From the NCBI GenBank assembly GCA_951406725.2, contig OX597816.1:67580001-67644000 (forward strand): a stretch of 64,000 nucleotides of DNA, read 5' to 3'. Shown here one piece after another: positions 1-10,847 of the stretch (the stretch's first letter is position 1; the number at the start of each line of letters is the position of its first letter). Origin of the DNA: Octopus vulgaris (taxonomy: Eukaryota). A program made the position numbers and the translations under genes. The notes under the pieces were generated by a model, which worked only from the letters and a program-made list of their open reading frames with translations, had not been told where the DNA came from and searched no databases.

Positions 1-69
1 CAGAAAGGGACACAGAAAAAACAAGAAGAGAAAAAAATGTGTGTAGTGGCTAACGATCTATCATGGCGA

Positions 70-70
70 C

Positions 71-143
<73 letters not shown>

Positions 144-198
144 CATGTATATATATATGCATACATGTATATATATATACATACATGTATATATATAT

Positions 199-245
<47 letters not shown>

Positions 246-340
246 CATGTATGTATATATATACATATATATACATACATATATATATACATACACGTAT
301 ACACACACATACACACACGCGCACACACATACACGCACAC
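70..340. repeat. (TA)n/(CATA)n/(CA)n compound microsatellite
   Basis: Direct inspection. Confidence 0.95.
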
Positions 341-787
341 ATAGATATTCAGTCACATTTATGCTCACAGCACACACATACATACACCCACCCACACATA
401 TCCATACGAATGTTCTCAAACGCGTCATCGGTATATGCGTGACTTGTTTAAATTTTTACGAGGAAATTATAAATTATTTTTGAATGAATCTACTGACAAG
501 TGACGTTGTCACCTCCGTTAAGTATGACCGTAAGAAAATGTTGCAACTCCTTATTGCCAGATTTAAACTTCCAGTTTTTATGAAGACATGGAAATTAGTC
601 TCAAATCTTTTTATGGTGTACAAACAATTTATGAAATATTTTGTTTTCATTTGTAAAACGTTGAATCGCCTGATGTGTGAGAAAGAGAAAAATAAACATA
701 CCATCAAGAGCTTAAACGAACTTACCCTACCTGATAGAAACAGCAACGAGATTTCGCTTAAATCCGACCTTGTAATATACTTTAGAC

Positions 788-1178
788 CAGGGGTTCTCAA
801 CTAATTTTTAATCTAGGGACCTCGTTGGCCACTATTTTACTCTGGTGGAATCCCATAGCCATTCAATGTTCAAAAACCAGTTTTATAGAAACTTCTTTCA
901 AAATTCCGATTCTGCTTTTCATGCATTAACTTATGTAGGTTGGACCCTGTAAAACTTGAGAGCAAGAAGCGCCCGGGAGGACGGCCATATTAGCTACACT
1001 AGAAAAAGAAACTTAGTTGTTACTTGCAATATATACCAATACATACATCTAAAGAAAGAGGTTTTCACTGACCCTTAAATACTATTGTGGATCCTCAATT
1101 TACAATTTTGTTGCATAGACCAATAAAAATCTTACATGGGCCCTCAGGAGCCACATGTATCCCGGTTGAGAACCCCTG
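788..1178. mobile_element. hAT (Charlie-like) MITE
   Basis: TIRs CAGGGGTTCTCAAC / GTTGAGAACCCCTG with 8-bp TSD CTTTAGAC / CTTTAGGC. Confidence 0.85.
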
Positions 1179-1599
1179 CTTTAGGCAGAAAAATCTTAAG
1201 TTTTTGTAGAAGACAGAAAGATGAAGTTCACGAGGATATGGTAAGGCTCATTTGATCATAAGTGTATTCGAACAACAACAAAAATATGGCGATTTGTTGA
1301 ATATTCAAGGTTTATTGATTATTACACAAAGTGGTTGATGGTTGGCTGGGAAGTTTAGTCTTCCTAAAAGGAGGGAAACGAAATTGAGCTGGAAGTGGTG
1401 ACAAAGAAACTCCATAATTTAATTAACAAATTCCAGTGAAATACCGTAATTTCGTTAACAGAACCCCCTGATCATATTGTGTCTACAGGCACCTATATCT
1501 TCTAGCGATATTTTAAGCATTTTTAAAATAGTAACTGAAGTATAGCTGCTCCAACGTACTATATACTCAACAACGAACACCATTGAAAAATCAATTCCG

Positions 1600-1632
<33 letters not shown>

Positions 1633-2452
1633 TACAGGATACATGAGAGCCAGGATATATGAGCCAGGATCTCAGGATATATGAGAGCCAACACAGTTCC
1701 ATTTGATACAATAATCTTGCAAAACCAGTGAGTTGCGTATAAAGAATTGATGGGAGTTGTTCTGCGTGGAGTCAAGTCTTACAAAAAAAAAAAAAAAAAG
1801 AAAAAGGCATTTAACTCCGCTTGCATTAATATACTTTCTATACACTATTTTCATGTTATATGAAATATATGTACGTCCTGTACATCATTTTCATGCTATG
1901 TACATATGAAATTTAGGGGCTTTTAATGCATTGATGAATTAGTTCTTGCAGGATTAATTTCATACGGTTGTTTGGGATGTAGTGATTACCCATAATCCAT
2001 TTTATTTTCCCATGTCTGTTGTTTTATTTCCTGATGCCTGTTTCTTTTAATGACATCCATGAAAACATTATCCACAGTGGCAATTCTTTATTAAAGACAG
2101 TAGGTTGTGATGAAGGAAATTCAGCTGTCATTTCTCGCAATCATTTGGGTCACGTAGTATCATCCAATTGATTCCTTCCCTATATGTCAATAGATTTGTG
2201 GTGGTTCCAACAGAAGCGGGTATGTTGAACTTGATCTTTTCTCGACTGTAGCTATTGCTAGCGCAGGAGTTAGGCAAACTCACAAACTACGAGCTAGGAC
2301 CAACAGGTCCTAGCAGGTTTGCAAGATTATTTATATGAGTTCGTGTGTTGAAGCATATTCTATTGTGTCTGGGGAGAGTCATTTTCTTTTTGTGTCTTAT
2401 TATGTAACACATTCACCGGTAAAATTTCCACGTTTTTCTTATTTTTATTGTC

Positions 2453-2489
2453 CTAAAATTTTCGTTGCGTCTTGCAACCTTTTCAATAG
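2453..2489 (-). ncRNA. Variant minimal hammerhead-like motif (U3-A8)
   Basis: CTA-TTGAAAA-G-GTTGC(AAGAC)GCAAC-GAAA-AT-TT|TAG, with palindromic AATT stem III. Stem I has only 3 bp. Confidence 0.35.
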
Positions 2490-4501
2490 TTATTTTATCC
2501 AAAATTTGACACTGGCTCCTGCTTATCCGTACTTATAACATCATGATGCAGTATTTGGAGCTAATAACGGTATTGTTATTGCGGATGTTGTTACTAGTTT
2601 TGTTTGTATATGTGCTTTATTTTGTTTTTAATGTTTAGCTGGATTTAATGGCTGAGATAGTGATCTCAATATGTTATTAGTGCTTTAGAGTGCTGCAAAT
2701 ATGGCTGTTTGTTTGGAAATAATTGTACCTGTCGCGGAAGATAGTGGATACAATGCATCAGTCACACATACATATATTTATTTACAAACATGCATATATA
2801 AACACGAACGTGTATGTGTGTTAAATTTATTCCGGAGAGGAGGCGTCAACGCCAACGATCTTTGCAGGTTCTCTCTGATTAGTGTGGCTGGTAATCAGCT
2901 TAGAAGCTATCCCTCAAAACATGAGTGTGGAGGGAACCGTACGTCTGATTTGAATGCCTGCAACGGGGTGAAATACTCAAAAAGCACAAAGATTAGGTTA
3001 TGGTGTTAAACCGGGTGGCGTGATCTGCTCAACACCCATGTGAAAAACTACCGTCTCGTGAAACTTGTAAATGAAATTATGGATAGATTGAACGTTCTTT
3101 TTACAGAGTACACTCTGTTGCAATTATTTGGGCTAATACTCTGAAGTGAGTATAACTTCCTGCAACGAGTCAGGAAGTCCATGAAAAAGGTTATAAGTAC
3201 AGCCTTTCCTATTTTGGATAAACTAGAGAAAAACGAAAAAATGAAACACACACAAAGAAAAAAGAACTTTTTGTGATGGTAATTGGAAGGCGTAGAAGCG
3301 TAGATGTGCTGAAATATCTTTCAACAAGAATTTTGAAATCATTAAGAAACAAATGCATAAATATAGATGCAAGAAGAAGTTCAAATATAAACATATAAAT
3401 GTATAAATAAAGTTTGACAACTCTTTAGCATAGATCCTTAAAAAAAATTTTTTTTTTTCAATTTAGGGAATGTTGATGTTGGAATGATTAATTATATCAT
3501 CAGTTTGTGTTCGCAGTAATAGAAAAAAAGCTGAATAGAATTTTGAAAAAGATAACCAAAAGCGGCATTGGTCGGTCGTCTGGCAAAAAATAACTAAGCA
3601 CATTCTATTTTTTAACTTTAGACTACTAACAAGGGAAAGCTGCGGTATTTGTAATAGTCTGTGAATACCTTCTGGGACCAGAAGGGTGGAGTCAGGAACT
3701 AAGAGTGATCTGGTCAGCAGTGGGGCTTGGAGATTTGAGAAACTTAATGTATTGTGAGAATATATCGGAAAGAAAGGCTACTGCCCAAGGTCAGCTCTTA
3801 ACGAACTGACCTATGAATAAAAGCATTGCAGTCTTTTCTAAGACGGCAGTTTGAAATTTCAAAGAGATTTGGTTGCTATTTCTGTCAAATCGAACGACCA
3901 TTTAAATGCGTCCTTATTGTTGTTTAGCTGCAGCAGAATTCTGTTCAAGAACCTATAAGAAGTCGTTGGAACTATAATCATTCTGACTTTATGAATATAT
4001 AAGACTATGTACTCAGTGTGTTTTTTTCTTTTTCTATCATTTTCTATCCAAGTATGTAAGTTGAGAAATATTTGACTACTATTTCGTGCCTATTTTTAGT
4101 GATCGTACTGACTCCTCTACATTGATATAGTTATTGATGATGATAATGTTATGTAACTCCAGGGCAGCCCTGAATCAGTCACCATTCGAATCTAGTCTTC
4201 TATCTGAAGATAACTTCTCTCTTCTTTTCTTTCTGTTAGGGTTAGAGACAGTGAAAGACATCTATAGGTGCCATCTGCCCTGTGACTAAGCAAATCACGC
4301 GCGCACACATTATATATATACATTTTTATTATTATTTTGCAATTTACTTAATCATCGGCTTATTATTGTTATTTCAATTTTATTATTTCTATTATTATAT
4401 ATAAATTAGAAAAAAACACCTTTTATCAATTCAAAATGAACAATTAAATTACACCATCTAGAAAATTACATATAATATAAATATTAAAATTAAAATAACA
4501 A

Positions 4502-4559
<58 letters not shown>

Positions 4560-4561
<2 letters not shown>

Positions 4562-4950
4562 CGTAGGAGTGGCTGTGTGGTAAGTAGCTTGATTACGAAC
4601 AACATAGTTCCGAGTTCAGTCCTACTGCGTGGTACCTTGGGCAAGTTTCTTCCACTTTAGCCTCGGGCCAACCAAAGCCTTGTGAGTGGATTTGGTAGAC
4701 GGAAACTGAAAGAAGCCCGTCGTATATATGTATTTATATGTGTGTGTGTGTATACGTTTGTGTCCCCACCCAAAATAGCTTGACAAGCGATGCTGGTGTG
4801 TTTACGTCCCCGTAACTTAACGGTTCGGAGGGGAGAGACCGATAGAATAAGTACTAGGCTTACAAAGATTAAGTCCTGGGGTCGATTTGCTCGACTAAAG
4901 GCGGTGCTCCGGCATGGCCACAGTCAAATGACTGAAACAAGTAAAAGAGA
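4560..4950 (+). mobile_element. SINE family A (tRNA-derived head, internal microsatellite, LINE-like tail)
   Basis: A box TGGCTGTGTGG, B box-like GTTCAGTCC, core ACCTTGGGCAAGT and tail ...ATGACTGAAACAAGTAAAAGAG. More than 15 copies in the window. Confidence 0.9.
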
Positions 4951-5554
4951 GTATATATATATAGGAATAAAGCTGCAGAAACATGTCTCTCGTGGACGTA
5001 CATATACTGCAATTGAATCAACCGGATGCACATAAGTGTTACATCAAGGGACATTAGGACGCCTATGCAGCAGAAACACGTGTCGGACAGAAATTTAACG
5101 CGAGAATTCTCCATTCCTTCCTATCTAGAATATATACACTTTTTACCATATGAAATCCAAGGAAGCGAACTCAAGATTTACCTGTCTAGTGAAGTATCAT
5201 GTAATTGTTTACCTTAATCCAGATGTGGCTAGCCAGAACCTGGATTATATAAGAATCTTAATAAGATACTTGCCCTGATCTCAAATACCTATTCTTTTAG
5301 GTTACATGAACGGAATCGAAACGCCCCTCATTACACCATATCAGCTTAATAAAGGAAAAGGTACATTAGATTGTACAGTTGTAAACACACCTAAAAAGAT
5401 ACAGAATAGCCGCAGCTTCAATGTCTTTTGATATAAGTTTGGTACATCAGGGTATGCTTCGAGAAACTTAGTAAAGAAGGTGGGGGTTACTCTATAATCT
5501 TGCAAAGGAGATTATTCAACTATTTAGCTACATAGACTGCTACAACCCCAACCT

Positions 5555-5910
5555 CTTCGAGACTAAAGAAAGCATGAATTAGTCGAAGCAATGTGAAGAC
5601 ACTGTTGACCGTTTCCTTCGACTACAAGAGGATTGTTCAACCATGAGTATGCTTCGACTAGTCAGACCTTAAACAAGGAGTTCCACTACGAGGTTTTGTG
5701 GCGGTTGCAAGATGCTATTTGTCGGAAAAGTTTACAAATTGCATGTGTCCCATGATTGGTAATTGCACCATGACAATGCATCTGCCCATTTAGTGCAGCT
5801 TGTGCAACAGTTTTTGGCTAGGCACAGCATTCTCCAGGTCCAACAGCCACCGCATTCCCCAGATCTCACCCCTTGCGACATTTTCCTCTTTCAAAAAACC
5901 AAATCAAGAC
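5555..5910 (+). mobile_element. Degenerate mariner transposase fragment
   Basis: HHDNASAH...QPPHSPDLTPCDIFLF corresponds to the DD34D catalytic motifs (HDNA, YSPDLAP.D). Interrupted by a MITE at 5917. Confidence 0.85.
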
Positions 5911-5916
5911 AAATCT

Positions 5917-6702
5917 GGGATCTTTTCCTTTTGAACGGCAGTTTTCAACACAATTTCTAGTTAACTAAACACTTTTAAACTTCGTATACTGGTAGAATGT
6001 GTCAAAATAAAACATTTTTTTCTCTTGGCTTTCTTGAGAAAATTGTAATTTGTAAGTTTAACGTAGTTTAATTTTTTGAATTTTGACCAATCCTATGCCC
6101 TCTATTGAGCTAAAATCATTTGCTGCGTCTAAAACAGATAACATCCTGTCACTAACCCTAGCCCTCACCCTAACCCTAAATTTTAGCCTTTCGTTTTTTT
6201 TTTCTTAATTGTTAAATTAATTTAAGGATAACAATTAAGAAAAAAAAAAAAACGAAAGGCTAAAACGAAAGCAATGGAAAATAATTTTGATTTAACAATT
6301 AAGAAAAAAAATACGAAAGGATAAAACGAAAGCAAAAACTCAAAACAAAATCAAAACGAATAATTTTAGACACACGCGTAACAATTAAATTAATTTAACA
6401 ATTAAGAAAAAAAAAAACGAAAGGCTAAAATTTAGGGTTAGGGTTAGGGTGAGGGCTAGGGTTAGTGACAGGATGTTGTCTCAGTTTTATGCGCAGCAAA
6501 TGATTTTAGCTCAATAGAGGGCATAGGATTGGTCAAAATTCGAAAAATTAAACTACGTTAAACTTACAAATTACAATTTTCTCCAGAAAGCCAAGAGAAA
6601 AAAATGTTTTATTTTGACACATTCTACCAGTATACGAAGTTTAAAAGTGTTTAGTTAACTAGAAATTGTGTTGAAAACTGCCGTTCAAAAGGAAAAGATC
6701 CC
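5917..6702. mobile_element. Foldback/palindromic MITE with telomere-like tracts
   Basis: Near-perfect inverted arms of ~300 bp starting GGGATCTTTTCC and ending GGAAAAGATCCC, with exact 6-bp TSD AAATCT (5911-5916, 6703-6708). Confidence 0.9.
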
Positions 6703-6899
6703 AAATCTGGGACAAGCACAACTAGAACACCGAATGTTTAGGTAAGGCATTGTATTAAACTCGATCTAGGAATATGTATTAGTAAAAGCGGCAACTTAAA
6801 AAATTATTAGAATACTTGTCTATATTCGAGTTTGATGAATTCTCTCCTAAAGATAATCTATTGTAGTATTTACTAGATTTTACCGTTGCTTAATATATT

Positions 6900-7096
6900 G
6901 GTTTCAAATTTTGGCACAAGGCCAGCAATTTCGGGGCAGGGGCTAAGTCAATTAGATCGACCCTAGTGCTCAAGTGGCGCTTATTCTGTAGACCACGAAA
7001 AGATGAAAGGTGAAGCCGACACCGGCAGTATTTGAACTTAGACGAAATGCCGCTAAGCATTTTGCTTGGCGTGCGAACGATTTTGTCAGCTCGCTT
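6900..7096 (-). mobile_element. SINE family B, diverged
   Basis: Reverse complement of family B motifs. Confidence 0.75.
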
Positions 7097-7340
7097 AATG
7101 TATTTATAAAACAAATCATTTAAATCTGACAATATTTTATTGCAGGGATAGGAAAATAATCATAAAATTATATCATAAATATTTAAACCATCTAAATGCA
7201 GTGTTTCGAATCAAGCACATCATTCCTCATGGGAAAGGCAAACGTTACGGAAGTGGTGATGTGACACAAATGTAAATATTAAAAAAAAGAGAAAAAAAGA
7301 AATATTTGGAAAAAATAAAATTTGGAAACGTACTCTCTAT

Positions 7341-8483
7341 TGTATGAAACACAGAAATACTAAAAAAGAAACATGGAAAAAAACTGCTCTTTTTCTTTCC
7401 CCATGAAGAGTGAGGCGCACAATACGAATCTCTCCGTATTTCAAATCACATTCACTGAGAAATGTGAATGAACGAAGATTTGGTAAATTTCTACAGCTAC
7501 ACCTGTTTGTCTTCGGGTTGGGCGATAGTTTACCTAAACAACAAGTAATTTTCGACGTTTTTGATAGTCAGATTCGTTCAAAACACACTAAAATACCACA
7601 GGAAAAACACATTTCCTCTTTAAAGGGTGTGTAGAATGGCTTGTAGTCCTTCATTCATTTCCTTTGGCACTGTATAATATATCCATGTATTATGGCTTTC
7701 TCTTATTATTTTGTTAGATGCGATCGTGCGGCGTACAAGAGGAGACCTTGTCACCAAACTCCTTACGTACGGTCGATATATATATACCTACAGGTGTAAT
7801 AGTAAACATTTACCTAAAATTGTTGATGTGTAATAGGACAAAGAACACTACACTGACAAAACGATCAGGTGTTTACTCCTGCATACGAGAGGACAATGTG
7901 GTGAACTCGGTTAATGAAGTTGTAAATAATAGCCATGGATTGGTCAATTCCAGGTTGTGAACAGTCAAAATTTATATAAATAGTTATGTTGCGGTTGAAG
8001 TGATGTAGCACCGGCACAGACTCACGTGTTAAGTGTTTGAAATTAAGCTGACGTATATCCGATAAAATAAATAAATCTTCAGGGGTGTATCAACACCTTG
8101 CAAGCATTTAGATATGATTTATTAACATGGTACAAGTCATATGAAGTTGGTCATGAATTACAGATATACACGTAGAGTCAACCTGATGAAAAAAATATAA
8201 TGCAACAAGCTAGTAACTTGATATCAAAAGCTTAGCACAGGGACTGGGTTAAACCCAGGAACATATAAAGGCATTGCTTCATGTCTGCCTTCATATACTG
8301 CATGTCTGAATGACCATGTAGTTGTTATAGCAACTTGGTGAGAGTGGAGGCAATCATTCTGGGCTGATGTATGAAACACAGAAATACTAAAAAAGGAAAA
8401 TGAAAAAAATCTGCTCTTTTTCTTTCCCCATGAAGAGTGAGGCGCACGATACAAATCTCTCCGTATTTCCAATCACATTCACT
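7341..8483 (+). repeat. ~115-bp direct duplication (7341-7456 and 8368-8483)
   Basis: TGTATGAAACACAGAAATACT...CCATGAAGAGTGAGGCGCAC...AATCACATTCACT occurs twice with few differences. Confidence 0.9.
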
Positions 8484-8719
8484 CTCCAATAAACTGCGCG
8501 ATCTTACTTCCAAAATAACTATAGAACAGAGTTAAGCTTTCATCGAACCAAGCCTCGTGAATCGGTTATGATCTCCGGTTTTATCTATTCATTTCGCTTC
8601 ATTTATGTCACTAATACATTTAAAGTGATAAATTTATGTAAAAAATTATAACTAATGTTTCTGTTCCCGATAATTTCGATAGTAAATGTAATGTCACAAA
8701 GTACGAGCGAACAGAAAAG

Positions 8720-8972
8720 GCTAACTATTTAAATTAAAAAAGCGTCCTTCCGTGGCGTTTGTCTTTAAACGTTTTCCATACGTTTAGAAACTGTAACCAG
8801 TCAGTTGCGTTCTGCTGTCTGGTGTTGTCACGTAAACTTATTTATCGTTCACTTTGTTATTTTATTTCAAGTGTTTAATATCGTTTGCTTTTTAGGATAC
8901 AATATCCATCAATATATTCATATACGTTGATATTCTTGAAATAATAAGCCTGGACTTCAGAATACAACAGAT
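8720..8972 (+). promoter_or_regulatory. Candidate core promoter and 5' UTR of the EB1-like gene
   Basis: Inr-like TCAGTT at 8801 in locally CpG-containing sequence. A pyrimidine tract plus TAG at ~8885-8896 could be the acceptor of a small 5' UTR intron. Confidence 0.3.
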
Positions 8973-10298
8973 ATGAGTGCAAATAATTGTTTCAAAATTG
9001 AACATGTCAGTAAAGAAGATTTGATTATTTGGTTCCGTCGTACAGTTTCTCCGAAGTTCAATGCAATCGAAGACCTATGGTCTGGATCCGATCTTTGCTT
9101 AGGAATGGAAATACTTTTCCCTGGCTCTGTTGATTTACGGAATATAAAGATTGACAGACTTACAGAAAACGATCGGCGCCATAATTTTACTTATCTTCAA
9201 ACAGTTTTTGAGAAAAATGGTGTTGAAAAAGAGATTCCCGTTGAAGATATTTTAAAAGGAAATTTTAAGAGTTGTTATCAGTTTGGGCAATGGTTCCGAT
9301 CATTCTTTCTGGAGAATTATCAAGGCCAACCTTATGATATAAACCAAATTAGAGCCTCATGCAAAAAGAAAAAGTTCAAGAAAAGGGCTACAAAATCTCA
9401 AAATAGAGAACATTCTCAAGATACAAAGGACTTCTCTGAAACGAATGCTCAGTCACCAGTCGACAAAAACAAAGAAGAAACCTCGAAATCAGGGAATCAC
9501 CGTGATAATGAATCTGTTCATAAAAACGCTATGATTCAACCGCCGAAGATATTCGTCAAATCAAAGAATTTGGCTGTGAATAATACGTTTCGGGTTCAAA
9601 ATGTAAGCAAAGAAGATTTAATTATTTGGTTCCGCAGAGCAATCGCTCCGAAATTGTCCAGCATTGGTGAATTAGGAACCGGTGTCGATTTTTGTGTTGG
9701 TATAGGAATATTATTTCCTGGCTCAATTGCTTTTGAAGATATAAAATTCAGTCCTGTTACCGACACGGATAAACGCCAGAATTTCAAATGTCTTCAAGCT
9801 GCTTTTAAAAATTTTGCAGTCGATAAGGATATTCCAGTGGAGAACTTAATAAAAGGAACCTTTAAAGGGAATTTCTTCTTCGGAAAATGGTTTAAAGCAT
9901 TTTTTCACGCAAACTATAAAGGTCAAACGTATGATTTGTGTCGACTGCGTGGTTTGGGTAATAATAATTACAACAAAAACAACAGAAAGAGTCATTGTTA
10001 TGAAAAATGTGAAAGGGAGAATTCCGGTCAAGGTGACGCTTGCAGGAGAAATAGTGAATCTGGTGTTGAAGCGATGGCAAAACATGTTGAGTGCCACCGT
10101 AGATGTAAGTTGATATTAGAAAAGGAATCCCAAACAGATTTGGACTATGAAGCTGATATGAGCGACAAAGACAGGGAGTCGGATAATAACAAGATAGAGA
10201 AACTTTCTGAAAAACTGCAACGGATCGAAACTATTTGCAGGAATAATCCAGACGAAGGAATATGTCTAATGATATGGAAAGTACTCGCAGAGGCTTGA
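8973..10298 (+). CDS. Divergent EB1/MAPRE-family microtubule end-binding protein with two tandem calponin-homology domains (441 aa, single coding exon)
   Basis: Only long non-repetitive ORF in the window. Two copies of an EB1-type CH domain (SKEDLIIWF...LFPGS(V/I)...NF..LQ..F....V(E/D)K(E/D)IPVE..(L/I)KG.F....F..WF..FF..NY.G..YD) match EB1 SRHDMLAW...LFPGSI...NFKILQAGF...VDKIIPVDKLVKGKF...WFKKFFDANYDGKDYD. The C-terminal KLQRIETICRNN...IWKVL resembles EBH KLRNIELICQEN...IVDIL. An AATAAA lies at ~10344. Confidence 0.92.
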   Translation: MSANNCFKIEHVSKEDLIIWFRRTVSPKFNAIEDLWSGSDLCLGMEILFPGSVDLRNIKIDRLTENDRRHNFTYLQTVFEKNGVEKEIPVEDILKGNFKSCYQFGQWFRSFFLENYQGQPYDINQIRASCKKKKFKKRATKSQNREHSQDTKDFSETNAQSPVDKNKEETSKSGNHRDNESVHKNAMIQPPKIFVKSKNLAVNNTFRVQNVSKEDLIIWFRRAIAPKLSSIGELGTGVDFCVGIGILFPGSIAFEDIKFSPVTDTDKRQNFKCLQAAFKNFAVDKDIPVENLIKGTFKGNFFFGKWFKAFFHANYKGQTYDLCRLRGLGNNNYNKNNRKSHCYEKCERENSGQGDACRRNSESGVEAMAKHVECHRRCKLILEKESQTDLDYEADMSDKDRESDNNKIEKLSEKLQRIETICRNNPDEGICLMIWKVLAEA

Positions 10299-10847
10299 TT
10301 GGATAAAACTGAATAGAGTATGACAGAAAGATATTGTGAATGAATAAAAAAAGAAAAGTTGTTCTTTGAATTGGAAAAAGAATCCAACAATAATCATTAT
10401 GTACTCTTCACCAATGCTGAAGAAATATCCAATGTTGATTTGGAAACATTAATTCACACAACATTGCTTATAAATATCGGACATTCAAAGAAGCATTTTG
10501 TTATATAGTGAACGGGAATATTGTCAGTCTTTAGAAATGTTTTTTACAAAATCATTTCAAGATTAGCTGTTTAATGTAAATTTAAAAATATTAATATTAG
10601 TAAATATTTTTCTCCCTGTTGTAGCTTTCATGTGTATTTGGTTTAAATATTACACTTCAGTATATAATTATAGTTTATCATAAATGTATATATTGTTAAT
10701 CCGTTCCTTTACTGCAAAAGTTCAGGTATGACCTTTCATTTTACAAAAGGAAAAAATTTATCTTTTTCTTTTTCAATTATTATTTTTTTTTCATAAATTT
10801 TGATTCTATTTGCATCTGTAATATTGAACCTAAATTTATATGCTATT

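Noticed and set aside
37-483. YI/HT/VC/RE-rich ORFs here and throughout the ORF track
   Set aside because: They are translations of (TA)n, (CA)n and (GA)n microsatellites, not proteins.
474-804. Overlapping ~107-aa ORFs on both strands
   Set aside because: No recognisable motif and the end runs into a MITE; possibly decayed TE sequence, but I cannot support a call.
6150-6470. True telomere or chromosome fusion site
   Set aside because: The tracts are short, degenerate and lie symmetrically inside a TSD-flanked MITE.
7718-7766. Possible small exon after the acceptor-like TTATTTTGTTAG
   Set aside because: Weak donor, no recognisable peptide and no partner exons.
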